The notes beneath the pieces were generated by a model that saw only the letters and a program-made list of their open reading frames with translations, ran no database searches and was not told the DNA's origin. This document shows, in pieces, positions 9,884 to 20,009 of a stretch of 64,000 bases of DNA (within the stretch, counting starts at the first letter, position 1; the number at the start of each line of letters is the position of its first letter). The position numbers and the translations under genes were made by a program. The stretch comes from Corynebacterium tuberculostearicum. GTDB taxonomy: Bacteria > Actinomycetota > Actinomycetes > Mycobacteriales > Mycobacteriaceae. The stretch lies in the NCBI GenBank assembly GCA_938008395.1, contig CALLKG010000057.1:2000-65999 (forward strand), in the 5' to 3' direction.

Positions 9884-10984
9884 ATGAATTCCACGCCTAT
9901 TTCCGTCGTCATCGCAGGTGGCGGCACCGCCGGACACATTGAACCCGCCCTCGCCGTGGGCGAAGCTTTGCGCGAGCGCCACGGCGCACGCATCACCGCT
10001 CTCGGTACCGAAAAGGGCCTCGAGCGCGATATCATTCCCGCCCGCGGCGTGGACCTGAGCCTGATTACCCCCGTGCCGATCCCGCGCAAGGTCAACGCGC
10101 AGCTCTTCAAGCTACCGTTTAACCTCTCCCGCGCGGTGGGGGAGGCCAAGCAGGTACTCAAGGACGTCGAGGCGGATGTCGTCTTTGGCACCGGCGGCTA
10201 CGTGGCCGGGCCGGCCTATATCGCTGCGCGATCCCTCGGCATCCCGTTTTATGTTCTCGAGACCAATGCTTTGGCTGGAATGGCCAATAAGCTCGGTGTA
10301 AAGATGGGCGGCATCGGACTCAACGCGCACCCGGATTCTGGCATGCCGGGCGAGGTCGTCGGCATCCCCGTTCGCCCGAGCTTGGCGGAGGACCCGAATG
10401 GCAACCTGGCCGCAGACGCGCGCACCAAGTGGAACCTGTCCGAGCTTCCCACCATTCTTATCACCGGCGGGTCCCAAGGCGCGGCCAGCATCAACCGCGC
10501 TGTTGCCGGAGCGGTAGAGGACTTGGCACAGGACTTCCAGCTTCTGCACGCCTATGGCAAGAAGAATGACCCGCCCGCAGAACACCCGAACTACGCCGCA
10601 CTGCCGTATATCGAGGACATGGGCTCCGCCCTTGCGGTGGCTGACCTCGTCGTGTGCCGCTCCGGCGCGATGACCGTCGCCGAAGTATCCGCCGCAGGCC
10701 TGCCGGCCATTTACGTTCCGCTGCCGCACGGCAATGGCGAACAGGCGCTCAATTCCCGCGACGTGGTCGAGGCAGGCGCCGCCATCCAGATCCCGGACGC
10801 GGAGCTGACCGCAGAGCGACTCATCTCCGAGGTGCGCGGCATTCTCGATGACCCGCAACGCCTCGAGTCGATGACGCACGCCGCCGCCCATGCCAGCGCT
10901 GGGGACGTGGCCAATACCATCGCAGACCGCATCGCCGCCCGCGTATCCGAGGCCGAAGACGCCGCTGGAAGGAAGGACAAGTAA
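9884..10984 (+). CDS. murG: Lipid II GlcNAc transferase
   Basis: GGGTAGHIEPA, GTGGYV, GGSQGA, CRSGAMTVAE motifs. Confidence 0.97.
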   Translation: MNSTPISVVIAGGGTAGHIEPALAVGEALRERHGARITALGTEKGLERDIIPARGVDLSLITPVPIPRKVNAQLFKLPFNLSRAVGEAKQVLKDVEADVVFGTGGYVAGPAYIAARSLGIPFYVLETNALAGMANKLGVKMGGIGLNAHPDSGMPGEVVGIPVRPSLAEDPNGNLAADARTKWNLSELPTILITGGSQGAASINRAVAGAVEDLAQDFQLLHAYGKKNDPPAEHPNYAALPYIEDMGSALAVADLVVCRSGAMTVAEVSAAGLPAIYVPLPHGNGEQALNSRDVVEAGAAIQIPDAELTAERLISEVRGILDDPQRLESMTHAAAHASAGDVANTIADRIAARVSEAEDAAGRKDK

Positions 10985-12448
10985 ATGACCGATCCCGCAC
11001 ACTACGATCTGCGCCGCGTCCACCTCATCGGCGTTGGTGGTTCCGGCATGTCGGGGCTCGCGCGAATCCTCGCCGCTCGCGGCGGAGTGGTTACAGGTTC
11101 CGATGTCAAAGACTCCACCCCGGTTGAGGTGTTGCGCACCATGGGTGCCAAAGTCGCCATCGGCCACGCCGCAGAAAACCTGCGACTGTCTGGCGAACTG
11201 CCCACCGTCGTGGTTACTTCTTTTGCCGCCATTCCCCAAGACAACCCGGAGCTAGTGGCCGCAAAGGATAACGATATTCCGGTAATTCGCCGCTCCGATC
11301 TGCTCGCCGCCTTGATGGAAGGCCACAAGCAGGTGCTGTTGGCTGGCACCCACGGCAAAACCTCCACCACGTCGATGACCGTGAGCGCGATGCAACACGC
11401 GGGTCTTGATCCCTCCTTCGCCATCGGCGGCCAGCTCAACCGCGCGGGCACCAATGCCCACGGTGGCACTGGGGAAGCTTTCGTCGCCGAGGCCGATGAA
11501 TCCGATGCCTCGCTGCTGCGCTATAGCCCGGACGTCGCGGTGCTCACGACTATCGAGCCCGACCACCTCGACTTCTTCCACAGCGAGGAAGCCTACTTCC
11601 AAGTCTTCGATGACTTTGCTGACTTGGTCACCCCGGAGACCGGCTACCTCGTTGTCTGCGCCGAAGACGAGCACGCTGCCCGCGCTGGCGAGCGGGCGCT
11701 GGAGCGCGGCATCAACGTCGTGGCCTACGGCTCGGCGGAGAAGTCTTTTACCTCTACTGTGCCACTGGCCGCCGAGTTGGTCCGCGAAGAGACCACCGCG
11801 GAAGGCATGGACACCACCGTCAAGCTCGACCTTCCTGGCGTTTCTGAAACCGTGCGCTACGAGCTGCAGATCCCAGGCCACCACATGGTGCTCAATTCCA
11901 TGGGCGCCTTGATCGCCGGCGTGCTCTCCGGTGGCGCTCCAGCCGCCATCGCCGAGGGATTGGCTGACTTTAGCGGTGTGCGCCGGCGCTTTGAGTACCG
12001 GGGGAGCGTCGACAAGCAGGGCAAGCCCGTGCGGGTCTTTGATGATTATGCGCACCATCCCACCGAGGTTGCGGCAGTGCTGCGGGCCGCACGCGCCAAG
12101 GTCGAGGCGGAAGGCCACGGCGGGCGCGTCATCGCCTGCTTCCAGCCGCACCTGTACTCACGCACCATGGAATTCGACGCCGAGTTTGCCCAAGCACTCT
12201 CGCTTGCCGACGCCGCCGTGGTCCTCGACATCTACGGCGCCCGCGAACAGCCCGTGGAGGGAATTACCTCCCGCATCATTACCGATAAGATGCCCGCTGA
12301 TATGCAGGTTATTTTCGAGCCGGATTTTTCCGCCGCTGCCCGCGACGTCGTGTCGGTGGTGGAGCCGGGCGATGTGGTGCTGACTATTGGTGCTGGCTCG
12401 GTAACCATGGTGGCGGCGGAAATCCTCGATGAATTGCGGGCAAGCTAG
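10985..12448 (+). CDS. murC: UDP-MurNAc:L-Ala ligase
   Basis: [43 protein letters not shown] motifs. Confidence 0.97.
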   Translation: MTDPAHYDLRRVHLIGVGGSGMSGLARILAARGGVVTGSDVKDSTPVEVLRTMGAKVAIGHAAENLRLSGELPTVVVTSFAAIPQDNPELVAAKDNDIPVIRRSDLLAALMEGHKQVLLAGTHGKTSTTSMTVSAMQHAGLDPSFAIGGQLNRAGTNAHGGTGEAFVAEADESDASLLRYSPDVAVLTTIEPDHLDFFHSEEAYFQVFDDFADLVTPETGYLVVCAEDEHAARAGERALERGINVVAYGSAEKSFTSTVPLAAELVREETTAEGMDTTVKLDLPGVSETVRYELQIPGHHMVLNSMGALIAGVLSGGAPAAIAEGLADFSGVRRRFEYRGSVDKQGKPVRVFDDYAHHPTEVAAVLRAARAKVEAEGHGGRVIACFQPHLYSRTMEFDAEFAQALSLADAAVVLDIYGAREQPVEGITSRIITDKMPADMQVIFEPDFSAAARDVVSVVEPGDVVLTIGAGSVTMVAAEILDELRAS

Positions 12449-13119
12449 TGCGCGTCTCCGCAAAGCTCATCGCTGGGGTCATCGCCGCAATTGTCGCCGT
12501 GGCCGTCATAGCGGCCGCCGTGATGTGGACAGTTCCCGTCCTGAAGGTACGCAATTTTCACGTCGAAGGCGTCCACCAGCTCGATCCCGCGCAGGTGGAG
12601 GAAGCCTCTGGGGTTCCCAAGGGCGAAAATTTGCTGCGCGTTAACGCGCGTGAGGCAGCTTCCGGCGTTGCTGGATTGGACTGGGTCGATTCGGTGACAG
12701 TCTCTCGCGATTTCCCTTCGACCTTGACCATCAACGTGGCCGAGCACAAGGCCGTGGCGTTTGTAAAGCGCGATAATAAGCCCTACCTGATCGATGATAA
12801 AGGCGAGGAATTTACCTCCGCTGAGCCTCCCGCGGGCGCGGTTGAGGTGACGGGCTCCGTCGATAGCGGCTCCCCGCAAACCCAGGATGCGGTGCGAGCG
12901 ATTGCAGCGCTTTCCGACGACGTCCGCAACCAAGTAGCAAAGCTGGAAGTGGCGGGCGAATATTCGCTGACTTTCACCACCAAAGATGACCGGCGCATCT
13001 TCTGGGGTGCCAGCGATTCTAACGATGAGGACAAGGCGCATGCCTTCGCCACCGTGTTGAAGATGGAAGGCCGCGAGTGGAATATTTCCAACCCTGAGTT
13101 GGTCACCACCCGCGGATAG
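12448..13119 (+). CDS. ftsQ: Cell division protein FtsQ/DivIB
   Basis: N-terminal TM followed by a POTRA-like segment (GENLLRVN...WVDSVTVSRDFPSTLTINV); between murC and ftsZ; GTG overlaps the murC stop. Confidence 0.88.
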   Translation: MRVSAKLIAGVIAAIVAVAVIAAAVMWTVPVLKVRNFHVEGVHQLDPAQVEEASGVPKGENLLRVNAREAASGVAGLDWVDSVTVSRDFPSTLTINVAEHKAVAFVKRDNKPYLIDDKGEEFTSAEPPAGAVEVTGSVDSGSPQTQDAVRAIAALSDDVRNQVAKLEVAGEYSLTFTTKDDRRIFWGASDSNDEDKAHAFATVLKMEGREWNISNPELVTTRG

Positions 13120-13160
13120 GGCGACGGGTGCCCCCGCAGGTGCCTTTATCGCTCTTGTGG

Positions 13161-13207
13161 GCCCGTGCAGCACCGCTTAGGCGTGTGCGCTGCACGGGCT
13201 CTTTTTA
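13161..13207 (+). terminator. Intrinsic terminator after ftsQ
   Basis: GCCCGTGCAGC (13161-13171) / GCTGCACGGGC (13189-13199) perfect 11-bp stem followed by TCTTTTT. Confidence 0.7.
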
Positions 13208-13263
13208 GTGCCTGAACCGTGGGGCGGATGATGCGGGTGTGACTTATAAAACCGCAGGTGAGC

Positions 13264-13288
13264 AACCCTAAAGTGGAACTTGAGGGTC
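13264..13288 (+). promoter_or_regulatory. Putative FtsR operator in ftsZ promoter
   Basis: AACCCTAAAGTGGAACTTGAGGGTC; imperfect inverted repeat (ACCCT...AGGGT); 20/25 identical to the C. glutamicum FtsR site as I recall it (AACCCTAAAGTAAAGGTTGAGGGTA). Confidence 0.7.
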
Positions 13289-13431
13289 TCGACACGCGGA
13301 AAATGTGCGTGAAAATTACACCGCTGTCGTTAAAGATGGAAAGGAACGCGATTCGCCTTCGGCGGAGCGCATTACATTCCTCGTTTAATGCACGTGCAGA
13401 CTTAAAGTAGCGAAAGGTGAGACCAACTCAC

Positions 13432-14748
13432 ATGATCTCTTCCAATAACAATCTCGCGGATATCAAGGTCGTCGGCGTCGGCGGTGGCGGCGTCAACGCC
13501 GTGAACCGCATGATCGAAGAAGGCCTCAAGGGTGTTCAGTTCGTCGCCATCAACACTGACTCCCAGGCCCTCATCTTCTCCGATGCGGACACCAAGCTCG
13601 ACATTGGTCGCGAGGCCACCCGCGGCCTCGGTGCCGGCGCTAACCCTGAGGTAGGCAAGACCTCCGCGGAAGATCACAAGTCCGAAATTGAAGACGCCCT
13701 CGAGGGCTCCGATATGGTCTTCGTGACTGCCGGCGAGGGTGGCGGCACCGGCACCGGTGCTGCTCCAGTCGTGGCGTCTATCGCGAAGAAAATGGGTGCG
13801 CTGACCGTCGGTGTTGTCACCCGCCCGTTCAAGTTCGAAGGCGCTCGCCGTACCCGCCAGGCCATGGCCGGCATTGAGGAGCTGCGCGAGGTCTGCGATA
13901 CCCTCATCGTCATCCCGAACGATCGCCTGATGCAGCTCGGTGGGGAAGAGCTCTCCATCGTTGAGGCTTTCCGCGCTGCCGATGAGGTGCTGCACAATGG
14001 TGTGCAGGGTATTACCAACCTGATCACCATCCCGGGCATGATCAACGTCGACTTTGCGGACGTCCGCTCCGTCATGTCTGACGCTGGCTCCGCGCTCATG
14101 GGTATCGGTTCCGCCCGCGGTGATAACCGCGCCATGACCGCTGCTGAGCAAGCCATTAACTCCCCGCTGCTGGAATCCACGATGGAAGGCGCCAAGGGCG
14201 TGCTGCTGTCCATCGCCGGCGGCTCCGATCTTGGCCTGCACGAAGTAAACGCCGCCGCCTCCATGGTGGAAGAGCGCGCTGACGAAGACGTCAACCTCAT
14301 CTTCGGTACCATCATCGATGACACCCTGGGCGATGAAATCCGCATCACCATTATTGCCACCGGTTTCGATGCCGAGGCCAATATGACCCAGGCCGCTGCG
14401 CAGCAGCCGCAGCAGGAACAGCGCAAGCCCGGCTCCCTTTTTGACAATCGCCAGCGCGAGACCGCAGAGCCCGTCACCCCGGCACCGGCGCAGCCTGCTG
14501 CCGCTCAGCCGGCACAGGATGACTACTCCCCGCGCCACTCCTACGAGCCGCGCGCCGGCCAGGAGCGAGAGCGCTACACCCCGCAGCGTCCTGCCGAGGA
14601 GCGTCGCCCAGAATCTAGCGGTCTGTTCACCAACTCTGACCGTTTCTCCCGCGAGGAGCGCCGCGATGACTACCGTTTGTCCCGCCCGTCGCAGCGTCGT
14701 GACGATGACGGCGACGACGATCTGGACGTGCCTTCCTTCATGCGCTAA
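13432..14748 (+). CDS. ftsZ: Cell division protein FtsZ
   Basis: [17 protein letters not shown] tubulin signature, INVDFADV, C-terminal DLDVPSFMR; ATG 13432 follows SD GAAAGG (preferred over GTG 13417). Confidence 0.99.
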   Translation: MISSNNNLADIKVVGVGGGGVNAVNRMIEEGLKGVQFVAINTDSQALIFSDADTKLDIGREATRGLGAGANPEVGKTSAEDHKSEIEDALEGSDMVFVTAGEGGGTGTGAAPVVASIAKKMGALTVGVVTRPFKFEGARRTRQAMAGIEELREVCDTLIVIPNDRLMQLGGEELSIVEAFRAADEVLHNGVQGITNLITIPGMINVDFADVRSVMSDAGSALMGIGSARGDNRAMTAAEQAINSPLLESTMEGAKGVLLSIAGGSDLGLHEVNAAASMVEERADEDVNLIFGTIIDDTLGDEIRITIIATGFDAEANMTQAAAQQPQQEQRKPGSLFDNRQRETAEPVTPAPAQPAAAQPAQDDYSPRHSYEPRAGQERERYTPQRPAEERRPESSGLFTNSDRFSREERRDDYRLSRPSQRRDDDGDDDLDVPSFMR

Positions 14749-14772
14749 GCGCAAAGCGCTACGCTGGTGTGC

Positions 14773-15504
14773 ATGCCAGTAAACGAGGAACATCGCACCA
14801 CACGCCCCGTCCGCATGGTTTTTACTAGCCGTGCTGGCGGGGCGTCTGCCATTCCATACGACTCCTTCAACTTGGGGCACCATGTTGGCGATGACCCCGC
14901 CGCGGTTGCCGCTAACCGCGAGCGCCTGAAGCGCGTGACCGGTCTGGACGACATCGTGTGGATGGAACAGCTGCACACCAATACCGTCACCGTCGTCGAT
15001 GGTCCACAGGACGAGCCCGTGCCAGCCACAGACGCAATTGTCACCACCCAGCGACGCCTCGGGCTAGGCGTTCTCGTTGCGGATTGCACGCCGGTGCTGC
15101 TTGTCGACGTCGCCGCTGGCGTCATTGCTGCCGCCCACGCCGGCCGCTTGGGCGCCCGCAACGGCATTGTGGTCAATACCGTGCGCGAAATGCAGAAGCT
15201 TGGCGCACAGCCCGAGCGCATTCAGGTGGTTATGGGGCCGGCTGCTTCGGGAAAGAATTATGAAGTGCCCGAGGAAATGGCCACTGACGTCGAGCGTCGC
15301 CTGCCCGGCTCCAAGACTCGGACGTCGAAGGGCACGTGGGGCATCGATGTGCGCGCAGGGCTGATTCGCCAGCTCATGGGGCTAGGTATCACCGCGATTG
15401 AATCCGACCCGCGCTGCACCATTGAAGACGAAGACTTCTTTTCCTATCGGCGCGAAGGAACCACCGGCCGCCAGGCTGGACTAATTTGGTTGGAGGCTAA
15501 GTAA
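14773..15504 (+). CDS. pgeF: Peptidoglycan editing factor PgeF/YfiH (purine nucleoside phosphorylase-like)
   Basis: FNLGHHVGDD, QLH, LVADCTP, AAHAG, FFSYRR motifs; ATG 14773 lies 7 nt after -10 TACGCT. Confidence 0.9.
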   Translation: MPVNEEHRTTRPVRMVFTSRAGGASAIPYDSFNLGHHVGDDPAAVAANRERLKRVTGLDDIVWMEQLHTNTVTVVDGPQDEPVPATDAIVTTQRRLGLGVLVADCTPVLLVDVAAGVIAAAHAGRLGARNGIVVNTVREMQKLGAQPERIQVVMGPAASGKNYEVPEEMATDVERRLPGSKTRTSKGTWGIDVRAGLIRQLMGLGITAIESDPRCTIEDEDFFSYRREGTTGRQAGLIWLEAK

Positions 15505-16202
15505 TGTCAGACCGAAAGGCACAGCTAGAACACAACCTATCGGACACCCGTGCCGAGATTGAAAGGCTAGCAGCGCAGTCAGGGCGGAAACCGCCGCAGC
15601 TGTTGCCGGTGACGAAATTTCACCCAGCTGCGGATATTTCCCTGCTGGCAGATCTAGGAGTTACCGACGTCGCCGAAAACCGGGAACAAGAGGCCCGTGC
15701 CAAGGCCGCTGAGCTGCCGCAGCTGCGTTTCCACATGATTGGCCAAATCCAGACCAAGAAAGCCAACCATGTAGCCCGATGGGCGGCCAGCGTGCATTCG
15801 CTTGATTCCCTCAAACTCGCCCACGCACTGGAGCGAGGCGTTTCCTTAGCCAAGGAACGAGGCGAGCGCGAAGGTAATCTGCCAGTTTTCATCCAAGTCT
15901 CCGTCGACGGCGATGGGGCTCGTGGTGGTGTAACTCCAGACGTACTCGATGAGGTCGTGCGTGCCGTAGAAGACGCGCAGCACTTGGAACTTGCCGGACT
16001 CATGGTAGTTCCGCCTCTTGATGCCGATGCTGGTGAGGTATTCCGAAACGTCCGCGGAGAGGTAGATCGCTTATCGTCTGAGCTCAATCGACCGCTGAAG
16101 TTCTCTGCTGGCATGAGTGCGGACATGGCCGAGGCAATTGCTGCGGGCAGTGATATCGTGCGTGTCGGAACCAGTATCATGGGGCCGCGGCCAGTAGGTT
16201 AA
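15504..16202 (+). CDS. yggS: PLP-binding homeostasis protein (YggS/PLPBP)
   Basis: LPVTK (PLP lysine), AENREQE, HMIGQIQTKK, SAGMSAD, VRVGT motifs. Confidence 0.93.
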   Translation: MSDRKAQLEHNLSDTRAEIERLAAQSGRKPPQLLPVTKFHPAADISLLADLGVTDVAENREQEARAKAAELPQLRFHMIGQIQTKKANHVARWAASVHSLDSLKLAHALERGVSLAKERGEREGNLPVFIQVSVDGDGARGGVTPDVLDEVVRAVEDAQHLELAGLMVVPPLDADAGEVFRNVRGEVDRLSSELNRPLKFSAGMSADMAEAIAAGSDIVRVGTSIMGPRPVG

Positions 16203-16306
16203 AAACATCGCAAAAGCGCATTTCACGGCGTAAATCACATGAGTCACACCAGACACATTTTACGCGTTTAGACTTGTACAAATTTAGGTCAGAGGGAGAC
16301 CCAAAA

Positions 16307-16759
16307 ATGTCATTCATTGATAAGACGAAGGATTTCTTCGGGCTGGGCCCGGTGGACATCGAAGAAGACGATGCCTACTACAACGAGGAGCCGCGTTACT
16401 CCGAAAATAGCTCCTCGGCCTACGCACCTCGCCGCGCCCCGCAGTCCTACGAGCCGGCCCCGGTACAGGAGGAATTCGTCCCGACCATCGTGGCTATTTC
16501 CCTGACGTCTTTCAATGACGCCGCCAAGGTAGGCGAGCCCTTCCGCGACGGCGATGCCGTGGTCTTCGAGCTTACCGACGCCGAAAAGGCCACCGCCAAG
16601 CGCTTCATCGACTTCGCTGCCGGCCTCTGCTTCGGCCTGGAGGGGCGTATGCTCAACCTCACCAAGGGCATGGACACTGAGCGCAAGGTCTTTTCCATCG
16701 TGCCGAAGTCTGCGGACATTGCAAAGCACGAGCTCGAGCGTGCCGCAGGCCTGCGCTAA
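16307..16759 (+). CDS. sepF: FtsZ membrane anchor SepF
   Basis: N-terminal amphipathic MSFIDKTKDFFGL; core AKRFIDFAAGLCFGLEG; ATG 16307 after SD GAGGGAG. Confidence 0.93.
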   Translation: MSFIDKTKDFFGLGPVDIEEDDAYYNEEPRYSENSSSAYAPRRAPQSYEPAPVQEEFVPTIVAISLTSFNDAAKVGEPFRDGDAVVFELTDAEKATAKRFIDFAAGLCFGLEGRMLNLTKGMDTERKVFSIVPKSADIAKHELERAAGLR

Positions 16760-16777
16760 GCGGCGCGGTTCATTTAG

Positions 16778-16816
16778 CCCCCGTGGAGTGCCGATTGGGC
16801 ACCCGCGGGGGTTTAT
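16778..16816 (+). terminator. Hairpin after sepF
   Basis: CCCCCGTGG/CCGCGGGGG outer stem plus GTGCC/GGCAC inner stem, followed by TTTATT. Confidence 0.55.
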
Positions 16817-16834
16817 TCGATAGGCTCGGTTATT

Positions 16835-17128
16835 GTGACACAACTCGGAATTATTCTTATCCTGCTCGTGCGGATCTATACGTGGGTGCTCATCGCCCGC
16901 ATCATTATTGAGATGATCCAGTCCTTCTCGCGGCAGTTCAACCCTCCACGCTGGTTCATGGTTGTAGCGGAGCCTCTGTTTGTGATTACGGATCCGCCGG
17001 TCAAGGCGTTGCGCCGCCTGATCCCGCCCCTGCAAATGGGTGGCGTAGCGCTTGATGTATCGGTGCTTGTGCTGTTCGTCTTGCTCTCGATACTCACAAT
17101 GATCTTGCGGATACTTTTCCTGACTTAG
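16835..17128 (+). CDS. yggT: YggT/YlmG family membrane protein
   Basis: 97 aa hydrophobic protein with TDPPVKALRRLIPP...LDVS; sepF-divIVA context; -10 TAGGCT 8 nt upstream. Confidence 0.9.
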   Translation: MTQLGIILILLVRIYTWVLIARIIIEMIQSFSRQFNPPRWFMVVAEPLFVITDPPVKALRRLIPPLQMGGVALDVSVLVLFVLLSILTMILRILFLT

Positions 17129-17331
17129 CACCCCCGTCGCCTCGAAACCTGTGGTAAACGTTGAGACTCGGCGGGGCGTCGATTATTGTGGGCGTTTGGT
17201 TACGATAAATCGCGATAACCCGTATTATGAACCACATGTACCTTTGTGGGGAAGGTTTAGTTAGACCTGAACCGCACTCCTAAGGCCCTGGAAGCTCCGG
17301 GGTTGTACCAACCTGAAGGGGAAGAGAAGAC

Positions 17332-18507
17332 ATGCCACTGTCACCAGCTGATGTTCACAACGTCGCGTTCAGCAAGCCGCCGATTGGCAAGCGCGGCTAC
17401 AACGAAGACGAGGTGGATCAGTTCCTCGACCTCGTAGAGGACGCCCTTGCCCAGTTGCAGGATGAGAACGATGACCTGCAGGCGCAGGTTAGCGATTTGA
17501 ACTCCCAGGCCAAGGCGGGTGCTGGCGCCGGTGCTGCTGGTACCGCAACTGCGGCTTCCACCCGCACCGATGAGGCTGCGCTGCGCAAGGAGATTGAGGC
17601 TAAGCTGCGCGCCGAGTACGAAACCAAGCTGGCGGACTCCAAGTCCGAGGTTTCCCGTGCCAAGGAAGAGACCAAGAAGGCACAGGAGCAGGTTAAGGCT
17701 GCCCAGGCTGAGGCTTCCAAGGCGCAGGCGTCTGGCTCCGCTGCTGCTTCCTCTTCTGCAGACCTGAAGGCAGCCCGCGAGGAGGCTGCTCAGGCCAAGA
17801 AGGACGCCGAGGCAGCTCGCGCCGAGGCAGCCCAGGCAAAGAAGGACCTCGAGGCTTCCAAGAAGGAAAACGACGAGCTGAAGAAGTCCGCTTCCGCAGC
17901 TGGTTCCTCCAAGGCTGGTGCAGCGGCAGCGGGTATCGCAGGCGCTGGTGTTGCACAGACCGCCGATGGCCTGGCTACCCCGGAAACCCACATGCAGGCT
18001 GCCCGCGTTCTGGGTCTGGCACAGGAGATGGCAGACCGCCTGACCTCCGAGGCTCGTGCGGAGTCCGAGTCCATGCTGTCCGAGGCACGCACTGCAGCCG
18101 AGAAGCAGCTGAGCGATGCAGATTCCCGCTCCAAGGCACAGCTTGCCGACGCCCAGAAGAAGTACGACGCCCAGCTGCAAGATGCAGATTCCCGCTCCAA
18201 GAAGCTGGTATCTGACGCTGAGGCTAAGGCAAAGCAGACCGAGTCTGATGCTTCCTCCCGCGCAGAGGCGCAAATCCGTCAGGCTGAGGAGAAGGCCGCG
18301 TCCCTGCAGGCCGATGCCGAGCGCAAGCACACCGAGGTTATGAACACCGTCAAGCAGCAGCAGACCGCACTGGAGGCTCGCATCTCCGAGCTGCGCACCT
18401 TCGAGCGCGAGTACCGCACCCGCCTGAAGACCCTGCTGGAGTCTCAGCTGGAAGAGCTGGCTACCCGCGGCACCGCCGCACCGAACGGCGAGGCTGGCAA
18501 CAACTAA
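17332..18507 (+). CDS. divIVA: Polar growth determinant DivIVA (Wag31/Ag84)
   Basis: [34 protein letters not shown]-terminus; long coiled coil; [14 protein letters not shown]-terminus. Confidence 0.97.
   Translation: MPLSPADVHNVAFSKPPIGKRGYNEDEVDQFLDLVEDALAQLQDENDDLQAQVSDLNSQAKAGAGAGAAGTATAASTRTDEAALRKEIEAKLRAEYETKLADSKSEVSRAKEETKKAQEQVKAAQAEASKAQASGSAAASSSADLKAAREEAAQAKKDAEAARAEAAQAKKDLEASKKENDELKKSASAAGSSKAGAAAAGIAGAGVAQTADGLATPETHMQAARVLGLAQEMADRLTSEARAESESMLSEARTAAEKQLSDADSRSKAQLADAQKKYDAQLQDADSRSKKLVSDAEAKAKQTESDASSRAEAQIRQAEEKAASLQADAERKHTEVMNTVKQQQTALEARISELRTFEREYRTRLKTLLESQLEELATRGTAAPNGEAGNN
18115..18201 (+). repeat. 21-bp exact direct repeat, 66-bp period, within divIVA
   Basis: GATGCAGATTCCCGCTCCAAG at 18115-18135 and 18181-18201 (DADSRSK twice, 22 aa apart). 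Confidence 0.9.
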
Positions 18508-18525
18508 GCCGCGCCCCGTTCTTCC

Positions 18526-18562
18526 TAGCGCCCCCGCCACCGCGGCGGGGGCGCTATTGTTG
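18526..18562 (+). terminator. Intrinsic terminator after divIVA
   Basis: TAGCGCCCCCGCC / GGCGGGGGCGCTA perfect 13-bp stem, 5-nt loop, then TTGTTG. Confidence 0.8.
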
Positions 18563-18608
18563 TTTTAGACCGTCGTGCCTTAGCCCGCTCTTACCGAAAG
18601 GAACCACT

Positions 18609-18830
18609 GTGCTCGTTGCCGCTTTAGTCCTTGCCCTCGTGGCATTCGTGGCCTTGGTCAACTTCGTTATCTCGGGAGCCGACTGGTCGTTGTATATCGT
18701 TTTTGCCGCCGCCGGCATCGGACTCGTGTGCTTCATCCTGGACTGGGCGCATAAACATCGCGCCGACAAAGCTCAGGCAACTGAATCCCCCGAGGAGGAG
18801 GCGCTGCGCGCAGCCTTCCGCGAGGACTAA
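18609..18830 (+). CDS. Small two-TM membrane protein, unknown function
   Basis: Two hydrophobic helices then a charged tail; SD GAAAGGA before GTG. Confidence 0.7.
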   Translation: MLVAALVLALVAFVALVNFVISGADWSLYIVFAAAGIGLVCFILDWAHKHRADKAQATESPEEEALRAAFRED

Positions 18831-18905
18831 CGCCGCGAGACCCAAAGCTTTCGGTTGCAGGCATGCCAACAAGGCGCACGAGGCGCCTTATTCCGCAGTC
18901 GGGTT

Positions 18906-19907
18906 CTAGCAATCGGGCGGTTGCCACCGAATCCGTCCGTTGGTTCGGGCAAGTCGCCCGCGCAGCGGCGGGGCATTGGGATCGTCATCGTTGGCGCCAT
19001 TGTGGTACGCGCAGGCTGTGGATAAGTTCGCGATATTGGTCAATCCACCGTGCAACCACGGCTCCAAATGGTGAATTTGGCATTCGTCGGCAGGCTTAGC
19101 GCACCGCGGCCATGGGCATACCGGATTTTCCGCGCCCGCCATCAACCGCTGCTTGGCATTGGCGAAGCGCTCCGTGCGGTACAGGTTCACCGCGCCTTCA
19201 TAGGGGCTCACCAGAGTAATGAGCCCATGCTCCTTGAGCGTGCGGCGCACATACTGCGCTCCCGTAAGCGTTGCTCCGTTGGTCATCTGCAAGGTGATTT
19301 CCTCGCCATCACCGTTGACGATGCGCACGTAGTCTTCCAAGCGCACGATGACATTGGTTACCACCGTGCTTCGTTGCGCCGTATCGTTGCCGAAGAAGGT
19401 ATCTTCCACCACATTCAGTGGCTTTTTATCCTGGTTCTCCACCGCCGCGTGGAGGTCTGCAATAAACGAAGACGAGCCGTCGATAGCTAACGTCCACGGC
19501 GCATCCTTGCGGCGGATGATGCGTATACCAGGCTTTATCTTGCGCTTTTTCTTCGGAACCTTGGATTGCGCCAGCTTTTCTAGTGCCGCTGCTGTGGCCT
19601 TGGTGGTGCATAGCTGTTCGCGGAGGACCCATGCGTCGAAAAGCGTGGGCATTTTGCGCGCATACTTTTCAATGATGGACAAAGCTACGATGGAATGCCC
19701 ATTGTGCTGAGCTCCTTCAATAGCACGACGACGCTTCCTAGTGAACTTGGTCGTGCCGCAGTACGCCTCTTTTAACAATGCCAACTCGCGGGCCGTCTTT
19801 TCAGCGGCGCCACGCGCGCAGAGGTCGTCCTCAGACATGCCTGCGCACCCGAGGACGATGTCCATCCCGGGTGCCATGGCTGCGAGGTAAGTATCTAACG
19901 CGTTCAC
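18906..19907 (-). CDS. HNH endonuclease family protein (copy 1)
   Basis: CPWPRC...CQIHHLEPWLHGGLTNIANLSTACAYHN is an intact HNH/Zn motif; GTG 7 nt after -10 TACATT; homologous over its length to 35870..36910. Confidence 0.88.
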   Translation of the reverse strand: MNALDTYLAAMAPGMDIVLGCAGMSEDDLCARGAAEKTARELALLKEAYCGTTKFTRKRRRAIEGAQHNGHSIVALSIIEKYARKMPTLFDAWVLREQLCTTKATAAALEKLAQSKVPKKKRKIKPGIRIIRRKDAPWTLAIDGSSSFIADLHAAVENQDKKPLNVVEDTFFGNDTAQRSTVVTNVIVRLEDYVRIVNGDGEEITLQMTNGATLTGAQYVRRTLKEHGLITLVSPYEGAVNLYRTERFANAKQRLMAGAENPVCPWPRCAKPADECQIHHLEPWLHGGLTNIANLSTACAYHNGANDDDPNAPPLRGRLARTNGRIRWQPPDC

Positions 19908-19959
19908 GACTCACAATGTATTTCCCCGCGCAAGCCCCCACAAGGGAAAGTTTTTAGCC

Positions 19960-19968
19960 TGTGGATAA
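19960..19968. promoter_or_regulatory. Consensus DnaA box
   Basis: TGTGGATAA (reverse complement TTATCCACA) between the divergent HNH and ileS promoters; function is inference. Confidence 0.45.
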
Positions 19969-20009
19969 CTTCTTGTGCACGAAGATTCTGGGGCGCTATA
20001 CTGTGGCCT

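Noticed and set aside
13402-14976. 524-aa minus-strand ORF over ftsZ
   Set aside because: Antisense shadow of a highly codon-biased GC-rich gene; no motifs or RBS.
16220-16250. TCACATGAGTCACA as a GlxR site before sepF
   Set aside because: Only one half-site matches TGTGA-N6-TCACA.
17240-17268. AGGT...ACCT inverted repeats upstream of divIVA as a DtxR box
   Set aside because: Spacing is AGGT-N8-ACCT, whereas DtxR needs N7; no other regulator match I can support.
17227-17283. 18-codon ORF upstream of divIVA as a leader peptide
   Set aside because: No RBS or -10 support, no biased codon run; expected by chance.
18831-19990. Terminal inverted repeats or target-site duplication around the HNH genes
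   Set aside because: Flanks of both copies compared by eye show no shared or inverted termini, so they were not called IS elements.
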